Shown: positions 39,385 through 51,425, counted from the first letter of the stretch. The stretch is 64,000 bases of DNA from an uncultured delta proteobacterium (GCA_963840855.1 CAWJBB010000055.1:12227-76226), one strand, 5' to 3'. Numbers and translations are program-made. Notes: a model not told the origin generated them from the letters alone.

Positions 39385-41414
39385 ATGTTTTCTGTCATAA
39401 CGATTTTGATTGCATTGTTTTGCCTCCCAGCAACTTCCTCCTCCGAAATCACCAAGATCGTCATCGACAAGCGCGAGCCGTTCGCGAACGGCCATGAATT
39501 CGGAGTTACCGGCGCCTACGAGAAACTCATCGGCAAGGCCTACGGCGAGGTCAATCCCGACACGAAGCACAACAAAGGCATTGTGAATCTCAAAAGAGCG
39601 CCGCGCAACGAGCGCGGCCGCGCTGAGTATTCGATGGACGTTTTTATGCTCAAGCCCATGGACATGAAGCGCGGCAACCAGACGATCTTTTACGATGTCG
39701 TGAACCGTGGCAACCAGGCTCTGCGCGTGAACTACGGCGCCGAACGAAGCAACAACCCATCGACGCTCGCCCATGCCGGCGACGGCTTCATGATGCGGCA
39801 AGGCTACACGCTGGTCTGGAGCGGCTGGCAGGGCGATGTTCTACCTGGCGGAGGCAGATTAACGACAAGCTTTCCAGTCGCCAAAAATCCGGAGGGAAGC
39901 CCGATCCGTCGCGTGATCACAACAGAGTTTGTTTTCGATAAACCGACCTTCAGCGTCCCGGTCAGTTTCGACCGTGGATCTTTGGATGTCCAACCCTACC
40001 CCCTCGTGAAGGAAAGCATGTCCAAAGCTAAACTCCATCGCCGCGCCGGCCCCCATGAGACGCGGGAACTGATTCCAACCGACCAATGGTCTTTTGATCG
40101 CTGTCCGGACGGCAAAACGAAAACGCCGAGCAACGCCGACGTATGCCTGCCCGCAGGCTTCTCGGCGAACTACATTTACGAACTCACCTACGAAGCAAGC
40201 GATCCGATGGTGATGGGAATGGGCTTCGCTGCTACACGCGATCTCGTTTCCTATCTGCGTTACGATACCTCCGACGGAAACCCGCTGGCGGACAGCAAGG
40301 AGAAAAAGTCGCCGCGCTGGGCCATCGGTTTCGGCTCATCACAGAGTGGGCGATTTCTAAAAGATCTCATCTATCAAGGGTTCAACCAGGATGAGACAGG
40401 CAGAATAGTTTTCGATGGCGCGATCCCGCACATCTCCGCGACACGCCGCACTTTTACCAACTATGAATTTGCCATGCCGGGACGTTCAGTAAATACGATT
40501 GAGGGCCACTATTATCCGGGTAACGAATTCCCGTTCACTTATGAGACGACTCCTGACCCTTTAAGCAAGAGGACGGATGGGTTTCTTGCCCGCTGCCGCC
40601 AAGACAAAGCCTGTCCAAAGATTATGCATTGGGATTCCGGCACCGAGGCTTGGCAGGGTCGAAACTCGCTCGTCATTACCGACCCGCTAGCGAAGAAAGA
40701 CGCACCGATTCCTGAAAACGTTCGTCTTTACTATTTTGCCAGCACGCAGCATGGCCCGGCGGCGAAACCGTCGCGCGGCATCTGCCAACAACTCAGCAAC
40801 CCCCTCTCGTACCAAGAGACGCAACGCGCCCTGATCGTCGCGCTTCAGTCGTGGGTAACGCTGAGGCGTGTTACCACCGCCAAGCCGATTTCCGCGAATT
40901 TCTGACGGCACCCTCGTGCCGCCACTGCCGCAGAGCGCACAGGGACTTCCCGGTCATCCCTGGCGTCCGCTACAAGGGAAAACCAAACGATCTTTCACTT
41001 AATGATGGGACCGTTCAGCCGCCCACTCATGTGAAGGCCAAAGAGTATTCGCTGCTCGTCCCCAAAGTGGATAAAGATGGAAACGACATCGCCGGCATCC
41101 GCGCCGTTGGACTGCAGGTTCCGCTCGCCACTCACACCGGTTGGAATCTGCGGGCGAGAGGCTTTATGGAAGACGAGCTCTGCTATCTCAGCGGTACCTA
41201 TGTTCCCTTCGCCAAAACCAAGGAAGATCGGGAAAAGAACGGCGACCCGCGTTTATCAATCGAAGAACGCTACAAAGATCACGCCGACTATGTGCAGCAG
41301 GTCAGCCGCGCGGCGAGAACGCTGATGGATGAAAGATTTCTGCTGCCGGAAGATGCCGAGCGAATCATCTCAGAAGCGGCGAAGGCGAAAATATTCGCCG
41401 AGAAAACACCGTAG
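39385..41414 (+). CDS. Alpha/beta hydrolase domain protein (Abhydrolase_10-like), secreted paralog; two frameshifts near 40865 and 40945
   Basis: Signal peptide; GSSQSGRFLKD; the bridging frame GVLPPPSRFPRISDGTLV matches the paralog's PPPSQYPRVSDGTLV. Confidence 0.82.
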
Positions 41415-41516
41415 GAGGATTGATTCTATATGCGAAAGGCACGACGGCCTCGGACATTTATTCTCTGAAACTTCGTACTATCCGAAGTTGTCGCAGCTTG
41501 GGCAAACTCTTAGCTC

Positions 41517-41589
41517 GTAGCCTGGAGGAAATAAAATCAAATCCAGGTAACACTTCCCCCGGATTCCGCTTTGGCTCCATCCGGGCTAC
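41517..41589. repeat. GTAG-type REP doublet (REPIN)
   Basis: GTAGCCTGGA...TCCAGG and inverted CCCGGATTCCGCTTTGGCTCCATCCGGGCTAC. Confidence 0.75.
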
Positions 41590-41644
41590 CTCCTGGCCGA
41601 CAATCAGAAGAGCGTTATTCCCGGCCAGGGGAATCGAGTTCTTT

Positions 41645-41673
41645 CTTCGTGAACTTCGTGTCCTTCGTGGTGA
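41645..41673. repeat. Solo copy of the GxxExxY-flanking repeat (family A)
   Basis: cttcgtgaacttcgtgtccttcgtggtga, closely similar to 12786-12814. Confidence 0.8.
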
Positions 41674-42400
41674 GAATTGCCTCACGCCTATTTCTGCTCA
41701 TAGAGCTTCTTGATGAACCCGCTCTTGTCCAGCTCGGCGATTAACGTCGGGTCCATGAACTCTTCGGGCTTTTTATTGCGGATCTCGGGTCTCGTCGCCG
41801 CGACATAGTCGTAAGTAGCCTCCAGTCCCTTCATGATCGGATAGGGCACGGAAATGAAATCCTGCCGGAAAATTTCGTATGAACCTTCCAAGAGTTCCTG
41901 ATCGTTGGTTCTCAGATATTTGCTTAGCACTTTGATGCTGAAATCTTTGTGCGATTTGAGATACGCGATGCCTTCGACGTGAGATTTGAGCATGCGCATC
42001 ACCGTATCGCGATCTTCTTGTACGGTCTTGCGCCTGGTCACCACCGACATCGAAGGATAGACCACCTCTTTCCTCGCGTCCCACAGTACCCGGTAACCCA
42101 TTCGCTGCGCCTGAACATCAGTGGGATAGGACAGGTCCGCGGCATCCACCCGCCCCGATGCCAACGCCTGCAGCCGCTCCTGGGGTGTTCCGATGGAGAG
42201 CCAAATGACGTCCCGAATCGGGTCCATGCCGTTTTTACGAATGATGTACTTGAACAGAAAATCGCCCAGCGTGGCCGATTTCACGGAACGTACCCACCCA
42301 ATTTCAACGAAGGGACCCACCCCATTTCAGGTGGTTTCCTTCGATTCTGAGCTAAGCGACGAACGATGCTACCTTGGCCAACTGGAGGAGGATCCAGTTG

Positions 42401-43919
42401 ATGGCCAAAGAGAGGACCAGCGTTCGTATGCAAGCGCAAATCAAAATTCTGTCCGAACAAGGGCACTCAATTCGCAGCATCGCCCGGATTCTGAGGCTTT
42501 CGCGCCGAACCGTGCGCAAGTTCTTGGAATCGATTCCACAGCCGGCTGCTGAGAGCAGCAGTTGGATGGAGACGGTTGACTGGGAATATGTGCGCCAGGA
42601 AGTCTATGGCAAAGGGACCACGGTCAAGCAGATCCAGCGCGAGGTGGCCCCCGATATAGCGTACGTAAAGTTTTGGCGGGCGTTTCGGGAAAAGGTCAGT
42701 GTACAGGCCTCGCCCGATCAAGTGACGATCCGGCTTCATCATAAGCCTGCAGAGAAGACCCAGATCGATTTTTGTGACGGTCTTTTTCTCACCGATCCTG
42801 TGACGGGCAACAAGACCCTTACGCAGTTTTTCCTAGGGGTCTTGCCGTTCAGCTCGTATTTCTTCGGCGAGTTCGTGCTGGATCAAAAACTTGCCACTTT
42901 CATCGGCGTCCAGAGCCGCATGTTCGCCTACTTCGGCGGGATCACTCCCTACGTGGTGGTGGACAATCTCAAAAGCGGCGTGAACAAGGCCGATCTGTAC
43001 GACCCCGATGTAAATCCCACCTATTGTGACTTTGCCAATCACATGGGCTTTGCGGTTGTGCCAGCCAGGCCCCGAAAGCCACGGGACAAGGGCTCGGGAG
43101 AAACCCACATCGGAGTGGTCCAGAGGAGTTTTTACCAGGAGGTCCGTAACCGCCTCTTTTATTCGCTCCACGAGCTCAATCAAACGCTCAGAGACTATCT
43201 TCAGCGGCTCAACCACGAGGTGATGAAAGACTACGGGGTGAGCCGTTCTGAGCGTTTCGAGGAAGAGAAAAAGCAATTAAAGGCCCTGCCGAGTTTCTCC
43301 CTTCGAGCTCAGCGAGTGGCGGCAAGCCAAAGTCCATCCCGATTGCCATATCCAGGTGGAGAAAAATTTCTACTCGGTCCCGTTTATCTACGCCGGCCAG
43401 AAAGTCCGGGTCCGACTCACGGAGAAAATCGTGGAAGTCTTCAGTGAGGACAGCCAATCCCTTACCGCTCACGCAAGACTTAGGGGGATCGGGCAGTTCT
43501 CCACCTATGATTTCCATTATCCCGAAAAAAAGCTCAGCGTGGCGCGCTTCGAAGTCCGCCACGCCCAACATCGGGCCAAACAGCTCGGCCCCCATGTCGA
43601 GAAATTGGTCGACCAGCTGTTCGGTGGTTCCCATCCGCTGCGCCATCTACGGCGGGTCCAAGGGATCTTGCGGCTTTCAAAACGCTATCCGATCACCCCT
43701 GAAGCTCTGGACCACGCCTGCCAGCGCGCCCTTAGCTTCAACAAAACACGGCTCGCCTACATCAAAGACTGCGCCATTTACTTTGTCGCCCACGGTCAAA
43801 GACCAACGCTGCTTACCCCACAGAGAAAGCCCGATTGCGTGCATCTGCATCAATACGCCGCCAACTCGGGCGCAGATTCCGAGCTGTCCTCAGCGTCGGT
43901 GGAGGAGGAACTGTTATGA
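42401..43919 (+). CDS. istA: IS21 transposase IstA, frameshift near 43295
   Basis: N-terminal HTH, QIDF, DNLKSGV, PARPRKPRDKGSGE; resumes as W..AKVHPDCHIQVEKNFYSVP. Confidence 0.9.
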
Positions 43920-44078
43920 ACACGAGCTTAAAATCCAGCCGCAAAGCCATTTTTAATCATCCAGACAAGCAAGCGGGAAAAAACGGCCTCCGTATAAGCC
44001 CTATAAACGACGATCTCCCCTCGGTTAATACCTTGGGTACCCCCAAAATCAGCCTCTTCTCCCGGAGGTCTCACCACC

Positions 44079-44849
44079 ATGATGCTTGATCAAGTCAGAA
44101 ATCTCTCGCACCAGATGCGCCTGTTCGGCATCCATGAAGCCTGCGAACGACAAGCCCAGACAGCCTTGTCCCAGCAGCTCCATCCCCTGGAGTTCCTCCG
44201 ACTCCTGCTTGAAGACGAACTGTTATCGCGCAAAGACCGAACTGCCAAAGCGCTTATGACCAAAGCCCGCTTTCGCTTCCGCGCCGATCTGGAAGATTTA
44301 GACCTAACCTTCCACAAGGATCTGACCAAGGCCAAGATCAAAGAGCTCTGTGAATTGAGTTTCCTCCATAACCAGGAGAATCTTTTGATCCTTGGAAAAA
44401 CCGGGCTCGGAAAAACTCATCTCGCCATCGCTCTCGGTAAACGGCTGTGCCAGGAAGGCCATCCCACTCAGTTCCTGCCGGTCAACTTCTTGTTCGAGGA
44501 AATCCAGGCCGCCAAGGCCGCCGGACGCTACCTCAATTACATCCGTAGCCTCATCAAGGCCAAGGTTTTGATCCTCGATGACCTGGGGTTAAGAAACTAC
44601 ACCCACGAGGAGGCCACTTCCCTGATCGATATCCTCGAAGAGCGTTACCACAAGGCTCCTCTGATCGTCACTTCCCAGGTCGAACCCCAGGGATGGATAA
44701 AACTGTTTGAAGATCCGGTGATCGCCGAGGCCATTGTGGATCGGCTCATCCACCCATCTCAGAAAATCACTTTAAAAGGAGAGAAGTCCTATAGAGAAAA
44801 ACTTACAGAGAAAAAATCAGGATTGAAAAACCAGGGAGGCTCAGTGTAA
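44079..44849 (+). CDS. istB: IS21 helper ATPase IstB
   Basis: GKTGLGKTHLA, LILDDLG, IVTSQ, AIVDRLIH. Confidence 0.95.
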   Translation: MMLDQVRNLSHQMRLFGIHEACERQAQTALSQQLHPLEFLRLLLEDELLSRKDRTAKALMTKARFRFRADLEDLDLTFHKDLTKAKIKELCELSFLHNQENLLILGKTGLGKTHLAIALGKRLCQEGHPTQFLPVNFLFEEIQAAKAAGRYLNYIRSLIKAKVLILDDLGLRNYTHEEATSLIDILEERYHKAPLIVTSQVEPQGWIKLFEDPVIAEAIVDRLIHPSQKITLKGEKSYREKLTEKKSGLKNQGGSV

Positions 44850-45397
44850 AAGTCAAAATCGCTTCGTCGCTTCGCTCCGCCGATTTCAATGGTCCCCTTC
44901 GTTGAAATCGGGTGGGTCCCTAAAGGAAATCGAACCCAGCGAACCTAAACTCGATGTCGCGATCCTCTTCCCTTTGATATCTTCTGGCCGTCTAATCTCC
45001 TGCTTCACCAGCAGTTTGCTCTGAACTCCGGGCACCGTGTGAGCGATGTTCACCAGATCGGCGCCGGCGAGAAGAGCGAGCATTACTTGCGGAACCGCAA
45101 CGGGCGCGGCAAACAGGCTGCCGCCAAGAATCGCCGTCGACGTTTGGCCTGATCCTTTTACCAGGATCAATTCGACATCGAGTCCGTATTTCTCGTAAAT
45201 TTTCGCGTCCTTGGCGAGCCACGGAATCCAATTGGACGCAGACAACGACGTTACGCCCCAGCTGATCTTGTTGAGCGGCTTGTCCTGCGCGCCGGCGGAA
45301 CCGAGCCACAGCACGGCAATGATAAGTGTCGCCGAAATGGTTCGAAATCTGCTCATGAACTTCCTCAGGTTTTTGCGGTTGCCCACCGCCAAGCTGG

Positions 45398-45598
45398 TCA
45401 CTTCGAGGTTGCCAACGCTTTGACAAGTCCACTTGCTTCGATCTTTTTCAGATAGCTATTGTCGTAAAATTCCTCCGGGCTCGCCGTCGCCGCTTTCGGC
45501 TGGCCGGCGACCAAAAACTGCAACACCGCGCGTACACCGGCTGCGTTGGCATAGGGCATAACCGGCATCATGTCGACGTAATAGTTGTAGCCCTCTTG
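45398..45598 (-). pseudogene. Orphan C-terminal fragment of another NMT1-like substrate-binding protein
   Basis: Minus-strand frame without start: EGYNYYVDMMPVMPYANAAGV...PEEFYDNSYLKKIEASGLVKAL*, parallel to the neighbour's PEEFMDPTLIAELDKSGFIKKL. Confidence 0.75.
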
Positions 45599-45655
45599 CC
45601 CTTTCCGATCTCTTCCTGTTGATTATCGCCGCAGCTCTGTTGCCGAATTCTGTGG

Positions 45656-46507
45656 TCACGGAGTTCCCTTAGCCTGCTTGGCCCGAATCGCTTTTGCTTG
45701 GACCTCCAGTTTTTCCGCCTCTGCCATTCGGTTCATTTTTCGTAATATTTCCGCGTATCTTTCCTGGATTGTCGCCACGTCCGGGTAATCGGCACCGAAA
45801 ACCTTCTCGGCGATCGCCAATGTGCGCTTATAGAAAGGCTCGGCGTCGCTATTCCGCCCTTGAACCTTATAGAGTTCCGCCAGGTTGTTGAGACTCTGGG
45901 CGACCTCCGGATCCTCGGCACCTAACACATTCTCTCGAATTGCCAACGCCCGTTTGTGAGCCGCCTCGGCATCGGCATACTTGCGTTGAGCCTTGTAGAC
46001 TTCCGCCAGATTGTTGAGGATCTGGGCCACGTCCGGATCCTCGGGTCCCGCGACTTTTTCAACAATCGCTAGCAACTTCCCGGTGAGCGGTTCGGCCTCA
46101 GCATACTTGCCCTGAGTCCAGTAAAGTTTCGCCAAACTGTTGAGACTTTGGGCTACCAGCGCATGTTCCGAGCCAAAACGCTTTTCCAACAAGGCCAACG
46201 CTCGCTTCTGATACGGCTCGGCGTCAGAATACTTGCCCTGATTCTGATAGAGTTCCGCCAGGTTGTTGAGACTAATGACCAACCGCCCATCTTCAGGACC
46301 GAAGCGTTCCGCCAGTTCAAGCCCGCTCTTCCACGTCTTTTCTGCGTCAGCGGGTCGGCCTTCGGCAAAGGCTTTTCCCCCCGCCTCATCTAACTCCTTC
46401 CACCTTTCGTCATCGGACGTTGTGGACTGTGAATGAACTTTAGGGGCAGTGAAGGCAATCGCCAATGTAACGGCAAGTATGATACTCGCCCTGTTACTAT
46501 TCCTCAT
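45656..46507 (-). CDS. Tetratricopeptide repeat protein with signal peptide
   Basis: Four 42-aa repeats SLNNLA.LY..QGKY..AEP; hydrophobic N-terminus. Confidence 0.9.
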   Translation of the reverse strand: MRNSNRASIILAVTLAIAFTAPKVHSQSTTSDDERWKELDEAGGKAFAEGRPADAEKTWKSGLELAERFGPEDGRLVISLNNLAELYQNQGKYSDAEPYQKRALALLEKRFGSEHALVAQSLNSLAKLYWTQGKYAEAEPLTGKLLAIVEKVAGPEDPDVAQILNNLAEVYKAQRKYADAEAAHKRALAIRENVLGAEDPEVAQSLNNLAELYKVQGRNSDAEPFYKRTLAIAEKVFGADYPDVATIQERYAEILRKMNRMAEAEKLEVQAKAIRAKQAKGTP

Positions 46508-48440
46508 ACTGTTCTTTTAACTTCGCCACCACCGTCGGATCCGCCAATGTCGTCGTGTCGCCCATCGCTCGCCCGTCGGCGATGTCGCGCAGCAAGCGGC
46601 GCATGATTTTTCCGCTGCGCGTCTTCGGCAACTCGGCCGCGAAGTAAATCTCATCCGGTCTTGCGATGGGTCCGATCTTCTTCGCGACGTGACCTTTGAG
46701 TTCGTCCACCAGCGCGCCGCCGCCGTCGACGCCCATTTTAAGCGACACGAAGGCACAGATCGCCTGTCCTTTGATCTCATGGGCCTTGCCGATGACGGCT
46801 GCTTCGGCGACGCTCGAGTGATCCACCAGCGCGCTTTCCACCTCCATGGTGCTAATGCGATGTCCGGCAACGTTCATCACGTCATCGACACGCCCCAGCA
46901 ACCAGAAGTAGCCGTCTTTGTCTCGCTTGCAGCCATCGCCGGCAAAGTATTTCCCCGGGAACCGGGTCCAGTAGGTTTGCACGAATCGGTCTGGGTCGCC
47001 GTAGATCGTCCGCATCATCGCCGGCCACGGCTTCGTCAACACCAGATACCCGCCGCCACCTTTGGGCACGGATTTACCCTGCTCGTCGACGACGTCGGCT
47101 TCGATGCCGGGAAATGGCATAGTCGCCGAACCGGGTTTTAGCGTAGTGATGCCGGGTAACGGGGTGATCAGCGGATGGCCGGTTTCCGTCTGCCACCAGG
47201 TGTCCATCACCGGACAGCGCCCGCCGCCGATAAATTTGTGATACCACACCCAGGCTTCGGGGTTGATCGGCTCGCCCACAGTGCCGAGTAATCGAAGGCT
47301 CTTCAGATTGTGTTTGCCCGGATGTTCCGTGCCCCAGCGCATGAAAGTGCGGATCGCCGTCGGCGCGGTGTGAAAAATCGTCACGCCGTATTTCTCGACG
47401 ATGCGCCATAGACGTTCGCGGTCAGGCCAGTCGGGCGTGCCTTCGTACATGACCTGGGTCATGCCGTTGGCCATCGGCCCGTAGACGATGTGCGTGTGGC
47501 CGGTGACCCAGCCGATGTCGGCGGCGCACCAGAAAACGTCATCTTCTTTCATGTCGAAGATCCACTTATTGGCGAGAGCGACGCCGGTAAGGTATCCGCC
47601 GGTAGTATGAACGATGCCTTTCGGTTTGCCGGTGGTGCCGCTCGTGTAAAGGAGAAAAAGTATGTCCTCGCTGTCCATCTTTTCCGGCTCGCACCACATC
47701 GGCGCGTCCGCCATCAGCTCATGCCACCATTGGTCTCTGCCCGGTTTCATCTGCGCGCCGGATTGGGCGCCGATGCGGTTGACCACGACGACGTGTTGTA
47801 TGGACGGCGTGTCCTTCAAAGCATCGTCGGAGTTTTTCTTGAGCGGCACGATGGAGCCGCGGCGGTAGCCGCCGTCGGCGGTGATCAGAACTTTCGCTTG
47901 CGCGTCATTGATGCGGTCGCGCAGCGCCTCGGCGCTGAAGCCGCCGAACACCACACTGTGCGGCGCGCCGATGCGGTTGCAGGCATGCATGGCGATCACT
48001 AGCTCGGGAATCATGCCCATATAGAGGCAGACGCGGTCGCCCTTCTTGACGCCGAGTTTTTTTAAAACATTGGCGAATTTGTTTACCTCGCGCCAAATAT
48101 CACGGTAGGTCAATACGCGCTCGTCGCCCGGCTCGCCTTCCCAAATGATCGCGGCTTTGTTTTTCCGCCCGCTGTCAACATGGCGGTCCAGACAATTATA
48201 GGAAACGTTCAGCTTGCCGCCGACGAACCATTTGGCCCAGGGAGATTTCCACTCGAGGACCTTCCTCCACGGCTTAAACCAGTGCAGCTCCTTGGCGGCT
48301 TTCGCCCAGAAGGCCTGGGGATTTTTGCGCGCGCTGTTAAAGGTGCCCGCGTTTTTCATGTTAGCGGACTTTTTGAATTCTTTAGGCGGCGGAAAGTTTC
48401 GTTTCTCGTCTAACAGAACCTCAATGGCTTTGTCGGCCAT
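46497..48440 (-). CDS. acs: Acetyl-CoA synthetase
   Basis: [48 protein letters not shown]. Confidence 0.98.
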   Translation of the reverse strand: MADKAIEVLLDEKRNFPPPKEFKKSANMKNAGTFNSARKNPQAFWAKAAKELHWFKPWRKVLEWKSPWAKWFVGGKLNVSYNCLDRHVDSGRKNKAAIIWEGEPGDERVLTYRDIWREVNKFANVLKKLGVKKGDRVCLYMGMIPELVIAMHACNRIGAPHSVVFGGFSAEALRDRINDAQAKVLITADGGYRRGSIVPLKKNSDDALKDTPSIQHVVVVNRIGAQSGAQMKPGRDQWWHELMADAPMWCEPEKMDSEDILFLLYTSGTTGKPKGIVHTTGGYLTGVALANKWIFDMKEDDVFWCAADIGWVTGHTHIVYGPMANGMTQVMYEGTPDWPDRERLWRIVEKYGVTIFHTAPTAIRTFMRWGTEHPGKHNLKSLRLLGTVGEPINPEAWVWYHKFIGGGRCPVMDTWWQTETGHPLITPLPGITTLKPGSATMPFPGIEADVVDEQGKSVPKGGGGYLVLTKPWPAMMRTIYGDPDRFVQTYWTRFPGKYFAGDGCKRDKDGYFWLLGRVDDVMNVAGHRISTMEVESALVDHSSVAEAAVIGKAHEIKGQAICAFVSLKMGVDGGGALVDELKGHVAKKIGPIARPDEIYFAAELPKTRSGKIMRRLLRDIADGRAMGDTTTLADPTVVAKLKEQYEE

Positions 48441-48537
48441 GGCGCTTCCTCCCTTCGGAAAACCTTTATTTAAATAGCGAAAATCGCTCGGATTCTAGTT
48501 GAGCGGGACCGGGATGGCAAGAGCTGGTGACCGCGCC

Positions 48538-48670
48538 TAGAGTCTCGGGTCTCAAATCGTTCAAACTGTTCAAGAGCGACTCGAACAGAGTTGAACAACG
48601 ATGTTTCTAACTTTGAGAACCGAGGTTTGCGTTCCTAAAACCCGAGATTGGACCAAGGCACTAGACTCTA
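48538..48670. repeat. Composite palindromic repeat (AGTCTCG/CGAGA..AGACTCTA around GTTCAA units)
   Basis: tagagtctcggg ... cccgaga ... agactcta; similar motifs at 9340-9390. Confidence 0.55.
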
Positions 48671-48722
48671 CACCGCGGGTTGCGGTAGTGAAGAACAGAA
48701 GCGGATATCGCAGGAGGAAGCC

Positions 48723-49464
48723 ATGACCAAAATTGCCATCGTAACGGGCGCCGCATCGGGCATCGGTAAAGCCGTGGTGGAGCGCTTCGCCAAAGAAGAT
48801 GTCTCATCGATCATACTGGATATCGATGAATCCGGAGGAAAAAACGTTGCCGCCGAGATTCAACAACGGCAAAAACAGGCGACGTTCATGCGGCTGGATG
48901 TGACCAACGAAACCGAAGTCCAATCGGTTTTCGAAAAAATCAAATCTACTCATGGCCGGGTCGATATCCTGGTCAACGTCGCCGGCGGCAGCATGCACCG
49001 GCATCCGCTCGAGGAATTCACCCTGGCGCACTGGCAAGCAGTCATCGACGTCAACCTCACCTCGACGTTTCTCTGCTGCCGCGCGGTGACAGGGTTAATG
49101 AAAGGCCAAAAGGGCGGCGCCATCGTCAATATTTCTTCCGACATCGGTTTCAGCGGCGACGCCAACCGCTCGGCCTATGCAGCGGCCAAAGCGGGAATTC
49201 TCGGCCTGACGAAAACCTTGGCGCTTGAGCTCGCGCCCTTTGGTGTACGCGCCAACGCTGTGGCACCAGGACGCATCGCTACCCCGCGCGTGCGCGCCAC
49301 CTATTCGGACGCCGAGTGGGAAACCGCCGCGAAAAGAATTCCCAATGGGCCATGCCGGCGAGCCGGAGGACGTCGCTGAAACCGTAGCGTTTCTCGTCAG
49401 CGATGCCGCTAAACATTTCACTGGGCAGACGCTCCACGTAAACGGCGGCAGGATCATGACGTAG
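48723..49464 (+). CDS. SDR family oxidoreductase (FabG-like), frameshift near 49342
   Basis: TGAASGIG, VNISS, YAAAK, NAVAPG; C-terminus PMGHAGEPEDVA..TGQTLHVNGG in the other frame. Confidence 0.9.
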
Positions 49465-49503
49465 ATCGCAGCGCCCGTCGGCGCAGCCAAAAGCCGTTAT
49501 ACC

Positions 49504-49560
49504 TCCCGCAAAGGCGCGAAGGCGCAAAGTTAGGGGGCGTTAAAGGGGACGCAAACCTTT
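49504..49560. repeat. Solo family A arm followed by an AAAGG..CCTTT palindrome
   Basis: tcccgcaaaggcgcgaaggcgcaaag; aaaggggacgcaaaccttt. Confidence 0.65.
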
Positions 49561-49597
49561 CTTGACGCCATGGAGTCGATCGATGTAGCGTTGCGCG

Positions 49598-49760
49598 ATG
49601 GCCCCGACGAGCACGCATTGCGCCAGGTGAAATAGTCTATCACGCTCTCAATCGCGCGAATGGACGAAATGAACTGTTTCATAAGCCGGAAGATTATTCC
49701 GCGTTAGAGCGGATTATAATTTCAGCTCATGCAAGTGCGCATCCGCATCAATCACTCTAA
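49598..49760 (+). pseudogene. N-terminal remnant of a REP-associated tyrosine transposase (RAYT/Y1)
   Basis: M/PRRARIAPGEIVYHALNRANGRNELFHKPEDY.AL; stops before the HUH motif. Confidence 0.72.
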
Positions 49761-49876
49761 CGCCTTTCCACATCGTCTTGATCTCCTTTCGGTTGAAGCT
49801 TAGCAGCTTGCTTAAAATTCCCCGTTCACCTTTCGATAAACTCAAGGCGAACGGGGGAAAGGTCCGGATACCCGCG

Positions 49877-50995
49877 TTATTTCAACGTCGCCTGGGGAAG
49901 GCCGAAAGCGTTGAGCGCATTCTTCTCCCACTTGTTGCTGTTCTGCAGCGTGTCCCAGCTGTTCACGGCGAGTTTTTTTCCTTGCGTCACTCTGGCCGCT
50001 TCGGAGCCGGGCACAAAGACCGATGTCTTAGGCTCGAGGCTCTCGATGATCGTCTGCGCCGCTGGCGAGATCTGGAACTCAAGCCACAGCAGACCCGCGT
50101 GAGAATAAGGCGAGACCTGCGCAATCGTGGTCATTTCCTGGGTACGCACCGGCACCGGCTCGATGAGCTTACACTCCAGGGACTTGGAAATGTCCTTTCG
50201 TTTTGCCCGGATACACGAGTGATAGTAGGACAAATGCAGCATGGACTGTTCGCCGGTTGTAATCGCGGTAATTGCACGGCTGATGCCGCGCACCCAGACC
50301 GGGTCCTGATCTTTGAGCTTGCGCGCGTAGTCTAACATCCATTCTTCGCCGAGCCCGGCCGCTAGAGTCGCCATCCCCGTCGGGCGAATTTCGACCATAA
50401 ACTTTCGGCCCTTGAATTCCGGCCTAAGGAAATCCTCCCACCGGTTGGGCACCCTTTCCGGGGCAACCAGGCTCTTGTTGTACGAGAGGCTATAGATCGT
50501 GCTGGCGAGACTTATGACGTTGCGGTTCGTCGGATCGATGATTTCGCCCGGGATCTGGAGCACCCCCTGCTTTGCCATCCCCAGGATATCGAACTTCTTA
50601 AGTTGCGGCAGGAAGTCCTGGTACAATTCCTGCGCGACTTCAAAAACGTCCCAGTTGCTTCTCCCGGCCTGCAGTTCGAGCGCAAACCGTTGCCCTCCTT
50701 CGACCCCGGAAATTCTTTCCGCGCGCGCGTCGATGAACGGGTATCGCTTCATGAAAGCCTTGCGCAGCGCTTCAATATTGTCCGGGTCCATATTACTCAG
50801 CACCCGCACGCGACCTTCCTCTTTCGCCTTGGCAACGATCTCATCCCGGTTGGCATAGAAAACGTAGCCTCTGGATTCGGCTTCCTTCTTCGCTTTAGCC
50901 AGTTCCGCGCTTTGCGCCGCGCCCGCGCTGTCCGCCAACATCCCTAGGGCTACCGCGCAAAACATAAGCCCGGCCATTATGAACTTAACCTTCAT
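49877..50995 (-). CDS. Extracellular solute-binding protein (Fe3+/AfuA-like), no adjacent permease
   Basis: Signal peptide; AKEEGRV, YNKSLV..P..WEDFL.PEFKG. Confidence 0.82.
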   Translation of the reverse strand: MKVKFIMAGLMFCAVALGMLADSAGAAQSAELAKAKKEAESRGYVFYANRDEIVAKAKEEGRVRVLSNMDPDNIEALRKAFMKRYPFIDARAERISGVEGGQRFALELQAGRSNWDVFEVAQELYQDFLPQLKKFDILGMAKQGVLQIPGEIIDPTNRNVISLASTIYSLSYNKSLVAPERVPNRWEDFLRPEFKGRKFMVEIRPTGMATLAAGLGEEWMLDYARKLKDQDPVWVRGISRAITAITTGEQSMLHLSYYHSCIRAKRKDISKSLECKLIEPVPVRTQEMTTIAQVSPYSHAGLLWLEFQISPAAQTIIESLEPKTSVFVPGSEAARVTQGKKLAVNSWDTLQNSNKWEKNALNAFGLPQATLK

Positions 50996-51425
50996 AAAAT
51001 AACCTCCTCAGTTATTTTCTCTGCCTTTTAAAGATTTCAATTTCATACAGCGCGTCAAAATGTTTGTTATATCTATTTCATTCCTGCTCACTCTACCCTA
51101 CTCTAACTCCCTGCTGGGAACAGCACCCAGATATCGCCGGACCAGAGAACTGTCAATCTCATTTCTGTTTGATGAAAATCCCGGTGTTGCTTCGGTCGGC
51201 TTGGGCGGCGCAGCGGTCGGACGCGCGCGAAGTGTTCCAGATCGCGCCGCTCGCTCGCACTCAGAGCGAGCGGCGCCGTCGGCTAGCGTTGGCAACCGGA
51301 GGTTGGCTCTCAGATTGTCTGGAATAGATCGAATCGCTGCGCCGGGGAGCGCGGCGGGGCGCGATAGGCCTTCAACTTTTTCAAATCCTCGATCCTCACC
51401 GCACTCGCGAGACTTAGGCTCGTGA

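Larger units (their letters stand above)
42272..44934 (+). mobile_element. IS21-family insertion sequence
   Basis: CCCAGCG direct repeat at 42265-42271 and 44935-44941; terminal inverted repeats ACCCACCC.ATTTCAACGAAGGG; istA and istB inside. Confidence 0.93.
41688..45356 (-). pseudogene. NMT1/TauA-like substrate-binding protein interrupted by IS21
   Basis: 5' half ends ...IATSSLGSLG, 3' half resumes DFLFKYII; removing the IS and one CCCAGCG copy restores the frame. Confidence 0.92.

Noticed and set aside
45700-46280. 126-bp periodic DNA repeats
   Set aside because: Fully explained by 42-aa TPR repeats in the protein.
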